The notes under the pieces are model-generated. The model did not search any database. It saw nothing but the letters and a program-made list of their open reading frames with translations, and was not told where the DNA came from. From IMG/VR virus record IMGVR_UViG_3300042542_002528, positions 1-62,086 of that record: a stretch of 62,086 nucleotides of DNA; one strand, 5' to 3'. Each line of letters opens with the position of its first letter. Positions within the stretch are counted from its first letter, which is position 1. The translations under genes were made by a program, and so were the position numbers. Source of the stretch: a virus (taxonomy: Duplodnaviria; Caudoviricetes). Shown piece after piece: positions 25,923 to 35,917 of this stretch.

Positions 25923-28900
25923 CGCCGAGAATCTGCAGCGGGTCCAGCGCGTCCTGCTTCTTCTGGTCACGGGCGCGCTTCGCTGCCTGCGCCTGGACGA
26001 TCTTGTAGAGCAGATACTGCCGCCTCTGCTCCTCTGGCATGGTCTGCAGAACGTCATCCGGCACGGTGATGTTCTCGTATGTGCGGACGCCGGGCGTGGC
26101 CTGCAGCAGCTCGTTGAGCATCTCCCGAGCGGCCAGCCTCTTGGTCCGCTCTTGGTCAACGTCCTGGAACTTCAAGCCCGTCAGCGAATTGACGAGGAAC
26201 TTGGACAGCTTTTCCTGTGGGGAAAGTCTGTCGTCCAACGCCTGCCGCAGCGTGCCGATGACGCGAGAGCCGCCCGGGGCGTTGACCGCAATCTGCTCTA
26301 GCCATCGGCCTGGCTCGCCTGCGGTCTGCTCCAAGAGCGAGTACAGGTCCGAGAGCTGGCGTCCCGAGTAGAACTGACGGTTGGTTGCAGACTCAAGCGG
26401 GCCTTTGATCAGCGGGTTCGTCTGCCCGAGGACGTTGAGTGCCGTCTTCCGTGCGCCGCTTGCCAGCTTCTGAAGCAGCGAGTTGCCAGTGCCCGGGGTC
26501 AGCAGATTGATCGCGCTCTCAAACGGCAGGTCGATGTTGGTCAGGTATCGCTTGAGGTTGCTGCCCTCTGGGAGACTCACGCCTGGAATGCCAGACGGGA
26601 CAGGCACGCTGGCCGACTGCCTCAGATACTCTGGGGTGAAGTTGTTTTCGCTGGGCTGCGCGCCGCGGTTGATGGCACGCATGGACGTGCCCATCAGACC
26701 GGCCGGCTTGTTGACCACCTCGTCGGCGATGAGCGGCGTGATGCCCTTGGTATAGGAGTAGAACGGGAAGATGCGCTTGAGAACGTCCCGCTCAAAGTCA
26801 GTGAACGCCTCGGGGCGGTAGTCCACCTGAGTGAGGTTGGTGACGCGCGCAGCTTCTGCGGGCGAGTACCCGTTCTGCATGAGCGAAAGGTATGTGCCGT
26901 ATCGGTTGCCTGAATCGGTGAACTGCGAGGCGCGGTCGCCGGCCTCAAGCAAGGGGTTACGATTGCCGGAAGCCGTGGGCAGCGAGAAGACATTGAGCCA
27001 GTCCTTCCAGCTCGCCTGGCTCGCTCGGCTGGCGAGACTCTCTGTGTCCTGCGCCACTGCACCAGGATAGAGGCCGCGCAGGTTTGCCTTGCCGGCCCCG
27101 GCCAGAAGCTCGTCGTTTGCCGTGGTGACGCCAAGCCCGGTCGACCCCGCCTTGGTCAGGAAGTCTCGGAGCATCTCGTCGTCCGACATGCCCCGGTAAC
27201 GCGGGATGTCCTTGAGCTTCCGCAGAAGCTCGGAGTAATCACCCCTCCCGACCTGCGTCCCCGTCCACCAGTTCAGCGGGCTTGCGCCCTTCATCGCACC
27301 GGCGAACATTCCCGAGTAGGCATCGCGCGTGTAGCGGGCGGGCCAGAGAAGTGCCAGCGCCTTAAACCGCTTGGTGAAGTTGTCGTAGCCTTGGGCAAGG
27401 CCGCTGATCTCGGGCGGCGTCTGCCCGCGCCCAACGGCCTTCGTCCAGTCATCGATGAACTTCTTGTTGAACGACACCTGCGACAGGTCTTCTACGCCCA
27501 TCGCTTTGGCAAGAACGTCCGGCGCAGTCTCTCCGGTCAGGCCCAGTTTCGTAAGTGCATCGGCGGCCGTGTAGTTGACTCCGCCAGCCACGGCATCGGC
27601 CGGCGTGCGGTCTACTTCGCGGGCCAAGATGTCCAGCATGCCTTGCGCATTGGCTTCCGCTCGGCCCCTCCCCAATACGTACCGCGACAGCTCATTGAAA
27701 GAGTTCTGCCCAAAGAGCGGCAGGCCAGTCTCTACATGCTGCGGGTCGACAGCCCGCATGGTGTCGGCCAGCTTGGTGTAAAGCTGATCTCTCCACGCCT
27801 CCGTCTCGGCACCGGCGACTTGCGACCGCAAGCCCTTCAACTGCTTCTTCAGAGACGCCATCTGCGTGGGGTCGGCGCTGGCGTTCTCTAGGGTGTATAT
27901 CTGCTTTTCGACATCGGCAATCTGACGCCGGAGCGGGTGGGCATCTCCAAGCTCGGGAGCCTTGTACATCGGCGTCCCGTCGTCCTTGAGCATGTCCATC
28001 CAGCCGTACATGTCTCCGCCGGGGCCAGCCCCTTCGGTGCGCAAGACGCTGTGGTCGCCCACGCCGTCGCCCACAAAGTAGTCGCCGCTCATCTCCCTGG
28101 GGTGGAGGTCGGCGTTGTCCTGCCACCACTTCTCCAGCAACTCGCGGGCCTTGGGATTGTCGGCACCTCTAAGGGCGTCCAGCAGATCGGGGTCGGTCGA
28201 CATCCGGTTCAGCGTTTCCGACTGGCCGAATACGTCGAACGCTGCATCCCTGCCGCGAGACAGGTTGTCATCAAACGTCACGGGGCGGACGCCGCGGGCG
28301 TACTGCTTCTTGATGTATTCCGGCGGCGTGACGCCCTCGGGCCACTGCGGAATCTGAGGAGTGTCGAACTCCAACTGCTGGCGAGGGAACCATCCGCCGC
28401 CCGTGCGTGAGCGGAACTCCTCTAGCGGAAGGCCCAGCTTCTGCGCTTGGGCAATTGCTTGGTCGCGGTAGTTCCGCGCGTAGCTCAAAAGTCCGCGCAC
28501 CCCAGGCAGGTCTGCGTGCGGCTGCAGGTCAGGGTGAATGTCGAAGTCCGGCGACTCCATCGTATACCGCAGCGCCTGCGACAGCTCATCGTCGTTGAGC
28601 GTGGAGCCTTTGGAGCGCAGGTCTTTCAGTGCGTCGTACTGCACCTCGGACAGCTTCAGCCTGTCGGTCGACTCTCTCGCCCGCCGAGCGGCCATGATGG
28701 TCTTGGCGTCCCACTGCTGCTGCCTGTCCAGCATGCCAAGAACATTTGGATCGAACGCTCGTTGCACGCCCCGGGCGGCGAGGCCCGTGTACGGGTTGGT
28801 CATCAACCCCTCGCCAAGCTTGTCCGCAGTCTTGGCCGCCCAGTCGCCGACCGTCTCGCCGAACAGATCAAACGCACCGTCCTGCATGAACGGCAAGCCA

Positions 28901-29601
28901 ACGCGATTCATCTTCGCGAGTGGCTGGTTCATGAGCGCATCCGCTTGGTCGCCGGCCGAAAGAGCGAACTCGCGCGCCGCAGCCTTGCGAGCCTCCGGGT
29001 CAGCAATAGCAGCAAGCAGCGTGGCTGGCGTCTGCTCGCGCAACGCCTGTCGCTCGCCGGTCTTCAGCGTGTTCTTGGCGTAGACATCAAAGTCTTGGAG
29101 AAGCCCGGCCCGCCCCGCGGCGCGACCGGCAGCAGTCTTGGCACCCTTGCCCAAGAACTGGTTGAGGCCGAACGACATGTAGGTGAGAGGGTCTAGGAGA
29201 ACCTCGGCCCCGAGGCCGCCGGCGAAGTTGCCCCACGTATCATCGTCACCCACCATGCCGTACTGGCGCAGCAGCTCACGGCCGTCAACCCGCTCGTCGG
29301 TCGTATCCCACAGGGCGGACAACCCCTTGAGCGGGCCGCCCGACAGCGTGCCGCGGACCACGGCACCGGGCGTATCTAGAATCCAGCCAAGGCCAGCAAG
29401 CCCCGACGATCCGGCCGCTGACAGGCGGTTAAGCAGATCGCTCTGCTCTTCCGGCGGCATGAGGTCCGCAAGCTGCGGGCGCCGGCGAGGTGCGCCCGGC
29501 AAAGGCTCTGTGCCGTCGTCGCCGGGAAGCATTCCCAGTCGCGCGAGCTGCTCAAGCTCGCCGTCTGGGTCGTATAAATCTAGGAGGGGTGAGCGAGCCA
29601 T
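25912..29601 (-). CDS. Large internal virion/ejection protein (1229 aa)
   Basis: Size, helical Ala/Gly/Leu-rich composition, DYxxxxFTDFER...FPFYSY motif, position at end of structural operon. Confidence 0.7.
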   Translation of the reverse strand: MARSPLLDLYDPDGELEQLARLGMLPGDDGTEPLPGAPRRRPQLADLMPPEEQSDLLNRLSAAGSSGLAGLGWILDTPGAVVRGTLSGGPLKGLSALWDTTDERVDGRELLRQYGMVGDDDTWGNFAGGLGAEVLLDPLTYMSFGLNQFLGKGAKTAAGRAAGRAGLLQDFDVYAKNTLKTGERQALREQTPATLLAAIADPEARKAAAREFALSAGDQADALMNQPLAKMNRVGLPFMQDGAFDLFGETVGDWAAKTADKLGEGLMTNPYTGLAARGVQRAFDPNVLGMLDRQQQWDAKTIMAARRARESTDRLKLSEVQYDALKDLRSKGSTLNDDELSQALRYTMESPDFDIHPDLQPHADLPGVRGLLSYARNYRDQAIAQAQKLGLPLEEFRSRTGGGWFPRQQLEFDTPQIPQWPEGVTPPEYIKKQYARGVRPVTFDDNLSRGRDAAFDVFGQSETLNRMSTDPDLLDALRGADNPKARELLEKWWQDNADLHPREMSGDYFVGDGVGDHSVLRTEGAGPGGDMYGWMDMLKDDGTPMYKAPELGDAHPLRRQIADVEKQIYTLENASADPTQMASLKKQLKGLRSQVAGAETEAWRDQLYTKLADTMRAVDPQHVETGLPLFGQNSFNELSRYVLGRGRAEANAQGMLDILAREVDRTPADAVAGGVNYTAADALTKLGLTGETAPDVLAKAMGVEDLSQVSFNKKFIDDWTKAVGRGQTPPEISGLAQGYDNFTKRFKALALLWPARYTRDAYSGMFAGAMKGASPLNWWTGTQVGRGDYSELLRKLKDIPRYRGMSDDEMLRDFLTKAGSTGLGVTTANDELLAGAGKANLRGLYPGAVAQDTESLASRASQASWKDWLNVFSLPTASGNRNPLLEAGDRASQFTDSGNRYGTYLSLMQNGYSPAEAARVTNLTQVDYRPEAFTDFERDVLKRIFPFYSYTKGITPLIADEVVNKPAGLMGTSMRAINRGAQPSENNFTPEYLRQSASVPVPSGIPGVSLPEGSNLKRYLTNIDLPFESAINLLTPGTGNSLLQKLASGARKTALNVLGQTNPLIKGPLESATNRQFYSGRQLSDLYSLLEQTAGEPGRWLEQIAVNAPGGSRVIGTLRQALDDRLSPQEKLSKFLVNSLTGLKFQDVDQERTKRLAAREMLNELLQATPGVRTYENITVPDDVLQTMPEEQRRQYLLYKIVQAQAAKRARDQKKQDALDPLQILGVTR

Positions 29602-29604
29602 GCG

Positions 29605-31146
29605 CTAGAGGATGGCCGCGGCAGTTCCAGCAGACGGATCGGCCCCAGCGGCCGGCGGTGGCGGCGTGGGAACGATTTCTGCCGCAAGGCCGCGACTGTC
29701 GGCGATTGCTTCTGCCTCGGGTTGCGAAAGTCCGTATTGATTGCGAAGGTAATTTACAAAGCGGTTGCGGTCGGCGGGTGTATAGGCGCGCCCTGTCCGC
29801 CCGCCGTGGCCCGCGTCGTCGTACATCTTGTCGAACGCAGCCTGAGCGGCATCGCGATTCTTCTGCCTGAAAACATCGCCGCCGCCTTGGCCTTGCATGC
29901 CTTCCCTCAGAAGGTCTGCGGTAAGCAACCGCATCGCATTCTTGTTGGATGTCGCCTCCACTGTCAGTGGCGTAGTGCCGTCCAACCCCGGAGCAAGATT
30001 CTGCGCCATCACCGCATTCCGCCAATCCTGCGGCATCTGCAGGTACTGCATGGCAGTGGTTCCAGTGCCACCGCGGCCCCAGCTAGGCTGGCCTCCAGTA
30101 AGCATGCCAACGGCCCGTACGTTGTCTACGAGCTGACGCTGGCGAGCATCCCGCGCGTCACTTACGGCACGCCTTCGGGCGGCCGGGTCCATCGCGGCGA
30201 TGTCGTCGGCCGACATGCCGGCTGCGTTGGCCTGACGGCGGATGCGCTGCTCTTCGTTGAGCGCGGCGTTCTTCTGACGCAACTCGTCAGTAGGGCGGTA
30301 CACGTAGTGAGTGCCGCTCGGGCCGCGCACGGGAACTGCCTCGTACATGGGCACGGGATTGCCGTCCTTGTCCAGCACAGGCTTCCCGTCCCGCATGAGC
30401 GGTCCTTCCAGGTCGGCGCGCTGCCCTCGTCGGCCGGGAGCGCCCGGCACGGGGTTCGCCTCGTTAATCGGTGCGGCGACAGAGTATCCGACAGTGCCGT
30501 CGTCTCCGTACACAGCCTCAAACCCACGCGCCGCCATGTCCCGATCTCGCTGGGATGGGGCAAACGCTGCCGGGCGGCCCGTGGCAAAGTCGAATGTGGC
30601 TGGGTCAGTGGAGTCTCGGCTGATCGGCGTGCGGGTGGTGTAGCCTTGCGCCTCCCGCTCAGTCGTAAACTCTTGCGGCCGGCGCACTGGCATGCCGTCC
30701 GCCGTGCTAGGCCCAGGCTCGCTCTCGCCGAAGAGGCCCATGCCGCGCAGCTCTTCAACAGTGCGAGGCTCGTCCAGCGGGTCGGTCGGCGTGCGAGTCA
30801 GCGCCGCCTGCTGAGCTTCGCGGCGCGCCGCCAGTGCGGAGTCGTACCTGTCGTTGAATGTCAGGCGAGACTCTTCAAAGGCATCAAGCTCGGGGAAAGA
30901 TGTCGTCATCTCGGCAAACACCTTGCGAGCCGCGTCCTCGGGACTCATGCCTCGGGCCACGTACGCACTGATGCGCCGCTCCTTCTCGCCACGCATCGAC
31001 TGAAGCTGGTCTTGTTCTGACACCCGCGGTCGACCCATGCGAGCGGCCATGCGGGGAGCCGGCGCGACCACGGGGTCGGGCGAAATCTCCGTAGCCGCGG
31101 CGTCCAAAGGATCAAGGTCGTTGGGCTTGAGCGAGGGGCGTGCCAT
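29605..31146 (-). CDS. Putative internal virion/ejection protein (513 aa)
   Basis: Long ORF in structural operon. Confidence 0.65.
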   Translation of the reverse strand: MARPSLKPNDLDPLDAAATEISPDPVVAPAPRMAARMGRPRVSEQDQLQSMRGEKERRISAYVARGMSPEDAARKVFAEMTTSFPELDAFEESRLTFNDRYDSALAARREAQQAALTRTPTDPLDEPRTVEELRGMGLFGESEPGPSTADGMPVRRPQEFTTEREAQGYTTRTPISRDSTDPATFDFATGRPAAFAPSQRDRDMAARGFEAVYGDDGTVGYSVAAPINEANPVPGAPGRRGQRADLEGPLMRDGKPVLDKDGNPVPMYEAVPVRGPSGTHYVYRPTDELRQKNAALNEEQRIRRQANAAGMSADDIAAMDPAARRRAVSDARDARQRQLVDNVRAVGMLTGGQPSWGRGGTGTTAMQYLQMPQDWRNAVMAQNLAPGLDGTTPLTVEATSNKNAMRLLTADLLREGMQGQGGGDVFRQKNRDAAQAAFDKMYDDAGHGGRTGRAYTPADRNRFVNYLRNQYGLSQPEAEAIADSRGLAAEIVPTPPPPAAGADPSAGTAAAIL

Positions 31147-31148
31147 CG

Positions 31149-32132
31149 TTAGCTCCTGGCGGTTGTCCGTGCGTTGCGCTGCTGGTCACCCATCGCCTGC
31201 AGGCGGCGTACCTCGGCCATAATCTGCTGCGCCTGCGGCACCTCGCCGCCAGCCTTCCTGCGCATCTCATTGAGCTGGGCGAGGAGCGCCGAAGCCTGGG
31301 CGTGCGGGCTGTCCTGGTTGTCCTTGGCGTACGCCTGCGCCTGTGCGGGAGTGCGGGCGTTGGTGCGCTGGTTGGACTTGGACAGCAGCTCGTTGATCTG
31401 TGCCATCATCTGCGGAGCCTCGGGCACTTCGCCGCCAGCCTTCATCCTGCGGTTGTTGAGGTCTTTCATCAGCACCTCCGCCTGCTGGCGCGGGTCGTAT
31501 GCGCCCACGCCGGCGTCCGCCCGCTGCATCTCACGCCTGAGCAGATTACGCTTGACGTTCGCAGATTCTTTGGCGGCGACATCCGGCTCAGCCGACACAA
31601 CCGGTGCAGGGCGAGACTCGTTTGCAAGCTCGGCCGTCCCGCCAGTGGAGTCGATGTCCGCCGTCTTCTTCCCCGTCGCTGCGTACACGCCCGCCAGGCC
31701 CGCGACTGCGGCTGCGGGAGCTGCCTCGCGCAGGCCGACCTGCGACTTCTTGGTGGCGTTGTCGGCAGCGTCTCTGATTCCTTGACGAGCCACATCTACC
31801 AAGCCGCGGTCTTGGTTTCGCAGGTTGCCAGTGCGACCCTTCAGTATGTTGTCGTACGCCCGGGCCGACTTGTCCAAGTCATGCCACGCAGGTGATCCAA
31901 GCGAGAGGTCGGGGGCTGCTGGCGCATCGGGAACTTCCGGCGCTCGGTATGTGCCTCGCGGAATCCCGGCCCGGTCGTTGATCGCGTCGGCGTCCCGCAG
32001 GTCATCAAGGTACTTGTCCAGCCGCGCCTTCATGGCAACAGTGTCGACAGCATCGTCCATAACGCGGCCGGATCGGGCGGCATCGTCACCCTTGCCACGC
32101 AGCAGCCCGCGAATCATGTCGCCGTAATCCAT
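31149..32132 (-). CDS. Putative internal virion protein with duplicated KAGGEVP module
   Basis: Two copies of a ~33-aa repeat near the C-terminus. Confidence 0.7.
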   Translation of the reverse strand: MDYGDMIRGLLRGKGDDAARSGRVMDDAVDTVAMKARLDKYLDDLRDADAINDRAGIPRGTYRAPEVPDAPAAPDLSLGSPAWHDLDKSARAYDNILKGRTGNLRNQDRGLVDVARQGIRDAADNATKKSQVGLREAAPAAAVAGLAGVYAATGKKTADIDSTGGTAELANESRPAPVVSAEPDVAAKESANVKRNLLRREMQRADAGVGAYDPRQQAEVLMKDLNNRRMKAGGEVPEAPQMMAQINELLSKSNQRTNARTPAQAQAYAKDNQDSPHAQASALLAQLNEMRRKAGGEVPQAQQIMAEVRRLQAMGDQQRNARTTARS

Positions 32133-32425
32133 TACTTCTTCCCCTTCTTGCGCGGAATCTCAGGAAGCTCGCCATCGGACGGCAGGTCGTCGTCCTCAAC
32201 CATCGGGGTGTTCGGCTTGCCGTGCATCTCCTCATGGAGGTCAGCCAGGTCGTTCTTCTGGCGGCGCGGCTTGTCCTCGGACTTCTCCTCGGAGGGACTT
32301 TGCTTGCCCATCTTGGCGGTGATCTTCCGCTCTTCCGCGTCGTCGGCGGCGAGGAGCTGCTTCACCAGACGCTTGAGCGCCGTGGGCGTCAGGTCGTCCA
32401 GGTCAAGGTTGATGTGGGAACTCAC
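32132..32425 (-). CDS. Small charged hypothetical protein
   Basis: GTGA overlap with upstream stop; TAATG coupling downstream. Confidence 0.65.
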   Translation of the reverse strand: MSSHINLDLDDLTPTALKRLVKQLLAADDAEERKITAKMGKQSPSEEKSEDKPRRQKNDLADLHEEMHGKPNTPMVEDDDLPSDGELPEIPRKKGKK

Positions 32426-32835
32426 CGCAGAAGACCTCCAAGGAGGGAAGAGACAAAGTTCATTGACTGCTGCTTGCGCTGCAGTTGGGCCATGGCTTGG
32501 GCGTAGGCGCTCTGCTGCTGCAACGCCCCAAGCTGGAGCGCGTACTGCTCTTGGGCTTGGTTGCCCGCGAGCTGGTTCTGCGCGTTGAATGCAGCGGCCT
32601 GCGTGTCCTGCGAATACGCATCGGCTATGCCGCTCGCCATCTTCTGGGCAGAGTCGATGCCGGCCTGTTGCCACTGCCCGCCAGCGCGGCTCATGCCGCC
32701 GCGGTCGTACCGCTTCACGGCGTAGTTGGGATCGCCCTGCGCCACGGCGTTTGCATAGTTATTTTCAAACACCTTGCGCCGGGTGGCGTCAGGGACGCCG
32801 GGAACAGGCGATTGTCCGAGAGTGACTTTGTTCAA
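32422..32835 (-). CDS. Gln/Ala-rich putative internal virion protein
   Basis: Ends VSSLLGGLLR; similar to 32832-33176. Confidence 0.7.
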   Translation of the reverse strand: MNKVTLGQSPVPGVPDATRRKVFENNYANAVAQGDPNYAVKRYDRGGMSRAGGQWQQAGIDSAQKMASGIADAYSQDTQAAAFNAQNQLAGNQAQEQYALQLGALQQQSAYAQAMAQLQRKQQSMNFVSSLLGGLLR

Positions 32836-33176
32836 CGGAACAGCCCCGACAGGAGATTGCTGACGATCCCATAGCCCATGCCAGATCGGGCATTCGCAAG
32901 GTCAGCTTGGTTCTGCTGGGCCTGCGCCATCTGCTGGAGGCCCGTCAGAGCAAGGTCACGCTGCGCCTGAAGCTTCCGCGTGTCGAACGTGGCGTTCGCC
33001 TGATCCGCACCCAGTTCGTAGTTGGCGGCGTTCTGATCGGCCAAGCCGTTGAGCAGGTCCTGGTGCTGCGGGGAGTATCCGTACGGCGACTGTATGCGCA
33101 TGCCCTTGACCGCCTTCTGGCGCTGGGCCGAAGACACGGGCGGCTGAGCGTTGAGTGTGGAGTCGTAGTTCAGCAT
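32832..33176 (-). CDS. Gln/Ala-rich putative internal virion protein
   Basis: Ends VSNLLSGLFR. Confidence 0.7.
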   Translation of the reverse strand: MLNYDSTLNAQPPVSSAQRQKAVKGMRIQSPYGYSPQHQDLLNGLADQNAANYELGADQANATFDTRKLQAQRDLALTGLQQMAQAQQNQADLANARSGMGYGIVSNLLSGLFR

Positions 33177-33178
33177 TA

Positions 33179-34438
33179 CTACATCAGCCTGCGGAGATAA
33201 GACTGCGCGGCGGGCGATTGCATCGCCCTATAGTCCATAGGGGAAGCGTACGGCGAAAGCCGGGTAGACGGCTGACCAGCACCCGCGGCAGGAGCAGGGC
33301 CCTGCATGTCCTTGTACATGCCCATGAGATTCGACAAGGCGGAGCTGTACTGCTCCTTGTTGTCTCCCCACGCGCCGGTGAAGGCGTCGGAGTTCTTGCT
33401 GACGCGGCCGGACGAATCGCCGTACCCCATGCCCACCTGCCCGGCCAGCGACATCAGGTAGGGCGACGAATCGGACTCGCGCTGGGCGCCATAGAACTGA
33501 TCCATGCCGCGGTTGGAGTTGCCGTAGGCTTGGTTGCCAAGCATCATCAGGCCACCCAAACCCTGCTGCATCATCTGGCCGGGCATCTCCCGGCTGGAGT
33601 AATGCTGCGCGTCCAATCGATCCAAGCCGGCGTTGCCGTTGTTGAGCAAGTCCGAGAACGACTGCCGGTTTGCGACAGCGTCCCGCGTGCGGTCGATGCC
33701 GCCGTACGTGGCGTCGATCACGGGCTGGAGATTCCCGGGCGTGGTCTTGCGCGTGCCGGTGAAGTTCATGCCGCCGCCGCCACCACCCGACCCGCCGCCG
33801 TACGAGCCGCTGCCGATGTAGCCATCGGGGCCAGTGGCGTTGAAACCACCGCCGCCAAACCCACCACCACCGCCAGCGTCCGAGAAGTTGAAGGCGATGT
33901 CACCAGCCACACTGGAGGGGGCGATGGCACCAGCGGCACCGGCGTAGGCATTGCCAAGACCAGCGAGCGCTGCGTTCTGTGACTGCCCAAGCTGGCTGGC
34001 GGAGTACTGGTTCGCGCCGTGCATCTGCGACAGGGCGTTGTTGTAGGCCGCTTGGTTCTGCGACCACGCCTGCAGGGCCTGCCCGCCGATGTTGCCGAAC
34101 GCTCCAAGCGCCGAAGACCCGATGTTGCCGGCCGCACCCTGTTGGGCGGCCGCGGCCATGGCGTTCGCGCCGTAGCGGGCGGACGCTTGGTTGGCGAAGG
34201 CGTTGGCGATATTACCCATGCCTCCGGCATACGCGCCGTAGTTGTTGGATTGGGCATTGGACATGCCCGTCAGGCCCTGACCGTAGCCAGTGAACGCCTG
34301 CGAGCCAGACCCGTACAGGCCCGACAGCGCGGTCGGGAACGCGCCGTACATCTGCCCGTATGCCTGGGAGGCGGGGCCGGCGTAGTTGAAGTTGGTGTTG
34401 CCGCCGAACGGCAGGACGAATTCTTGGAATCCGGGCAT
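33179..34438 (-). CDS. Gly/Ala/Ser/Asn-rich DNA-pilot/ejection-like protein
   Basis: Low-complexity composition typical of pilot proteins; GGGAGA RBS. Confidence 0.7.
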   Translation of the reverse strand: MPGFQEFVLPFGGNTNFNYAGPASQAYGQMYGAFPTALSGLYGSGSQAFTGYGQGLTGMSNAQSNNYGAYAGGMGNIANAFANQASARYGANAMAAAAQQGAAGNIGSSALGAFGNIGGQALQAWSQNQAAYNNALSQMHGANQYSASQLGQSQNAALAGLGNAYAGAAGAIAPSSVAGDIAFNFSDAGGGGGFGGGGFNATGPDGYIGSGSYGGGSGGGGGGMNFTGTRKTTPGNLQPVIDATYGGIDRTRDAVANRQSFSDLLNNGNAGLDRLDAQHYSSREMPGQMMQQGLGGLMMLGNQAYGNSNRGMDQFYGAQRESDSSPYLMSLAGQVGMGYGDSSGRVSKNSDAFTGAWGDNKEQYSSALSNLMGMYKDMQGPAPAAGAGQPSTRLSPYASPMDYRAMQSPAAQSYLRRLM

Positions 34439-34451
34439 GGTGTCTCCCCTA

Positions 34452-34898
34452 CTACTTATTGTCTGTGGCGGGCTTTTTACGTTTCGCGTTGGCGATGGCC
34501 CGTTTTACAAGGATTTTGGCCCCGACCCGGAGGAATGGCAGGCCCCGGGCATCGGCCTGCTCCTTGAGCCAGTCCAAGATCGTTTCGATGTTGTTCTCGC
34601 ACCAGCCGGGTTCTCGGTACTCGTTCTCGTCCATGGTGCGGGCGCGGGCATTGCAGGAGCAGTTGGGGGTGGCGGTAATCCCGATGTACTTCAGGAGCGC
34701 CTTCAGCTCTGTTCCAGGCCCACCCTCCTGCACTGCAGGCGTCGGGGCTGCGCGGGCAACGGCCGGGTACGACCAGTGCGTCTCGTCTATCGTCCACATG
34801 TCGCCGTCTTGGGAGACGACGCACGGCATGACCTCTTCTATGGTGTAGCCACGCTGCGCGCACCGTTGTTCTAGATGGCTCTTGTGACAGGTAATCAT
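34452..34898 (-). CDS. Conserved hypothetical protein (GPGTELK...CSC...WC...RGLPF), paired with the Cys-rich gene
   Basis: ATGA coupling; motif I associate with Planctomycete phages (from recall, not a search). Confidence 0.75.
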   Translation of the reverse strand: MITCHKSHLEQRCAQRGYTIEEVMPCVVSQDGDMWTIDETHWSYPAVARAAPTPAVQEGGPGTELKALLKYIGITATPNCSCNARARTMDENEYREPGWCENNIETILDWLKEQADARGLPFLRVGAKILVKRAIANAKRKKPATDNK

Positions 34899-35917
34899 GG
34901 CAGTGGGTTACTCACATCCGCACAGTTTCCGACATACCGGCGCTCGCCCTCCGTGGAGCCAGGCGAGAGGCTCGCAGGTGGCACACATCCGGCTCCAGTG
35001 CAGCCGCATCCGGGCGTTGAAGTTGCGACAATGATCTGACCCTGAGACGTAATGACTGCGCACCCCTCAAAGCCCCATGTCGACCCGTTCCATGTGTAGG
35101 CGCACTGAGAACTAGAGCAGTTGACCGGGATTGCCGTCACTGCGCAGGGCGACCCGCCGTCATCGAAGGTGTAGCTCGCGCAGGGCGACCGACTGCCGAT
35201 GCTTTGCGGCGCACACGCCGGGACTTCGATGCAGCAGGACGGCGTCACGCACGCGCCGTTGGAACAGACCTTGCCGGATGGGCAGTGGCTGTCGTTGCAG
35301 CATTCCTTGCAAGCGTTGTTGCAGCATCTTTGCCCAGCCGAACAACAGGTGCCGTTGCAGCACTCTTGGCTGCTGGTGCAAGAGTTGACGTACAGTCCGC
35401 TCTGGCAGACGTAGCAGGGGCCGGGCTTGATCTGTCCGGTGCAATCGCAGGACACGCACGCGCCATTAACGCAACACTGCGAGAACGAACAGCACGCGGC
35501 ACCGCAGACCACGCCGGTCGCTGTGCAGTTGCCGCAGACGCAGCTCTGACATTGCCCGCAGGTCACCGGGGCAACAGAACCTCCCCCCGTGCATTTGTCT
35601 ACGCACGTTCCGTTGATGGAGCTAGTGTCGCAGGTCTGGCATTGCGAGCATGTCGACACGCACTGACCGTTGACGCATCTCTCGCACTTGTTGCACACCA
35701 CGTTCGCGCACGGGTCGCACGCCTGCGTGAGCGAGCCGCCTCCGGCGAGGCACTCGCACACCGGGACGTTGTTGAAGCAAGACCCGCCCGTGTTGCAAGA
35801 CGCCGTGCGGCACACCTCTCCTGCAGTGTGCGTGCCCTTCTTCGCTTTGCAGCAGCACTTCTTGTCTTCCGTGCAGGCGTTTCCTTTGCAACATCGGCCG
35901 GCATCGCATGCACCCAT
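34895..35917 (-). CDS. Extremely Cys-rich repeat protein (about 63 Cys in 340 aa)
   Basis: Repeats such as CCxNGxCV and CxxCxxCVNGxC; no signal peptide; TGATG coupling. Confidence 0.8.
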   Translation of the reverse strand: MGACDAGRCCKGNACTEDKKCCCKAKKGTHTAGEVCRTASCNTGGSCFNNVPVCECLAGGGSLTQACDPCANVVCNKCERCVNGQCVSTCSQCQTCDTSSINGTCVDKCTGGGSVAPVTCGQCQSCVCGNCTATGVVCGAACCSFSQCCVNGACVSCDCTGQIKPGPCYVCQSGLYVNSCTSSQECCNGTCCSAGQRCCNNACKECCNDSHCPSGKVCSNGACVTPSCCIEVPACAPQSIGSRSPCASYTFDDGGSPCAVTAIPVNCSSSQCAYTWNGSTWGFEGCAVITSQGQIIVATSTPGCGCTGAGCVPPASLSPGSTEGERRYVGNCADVSNPLP

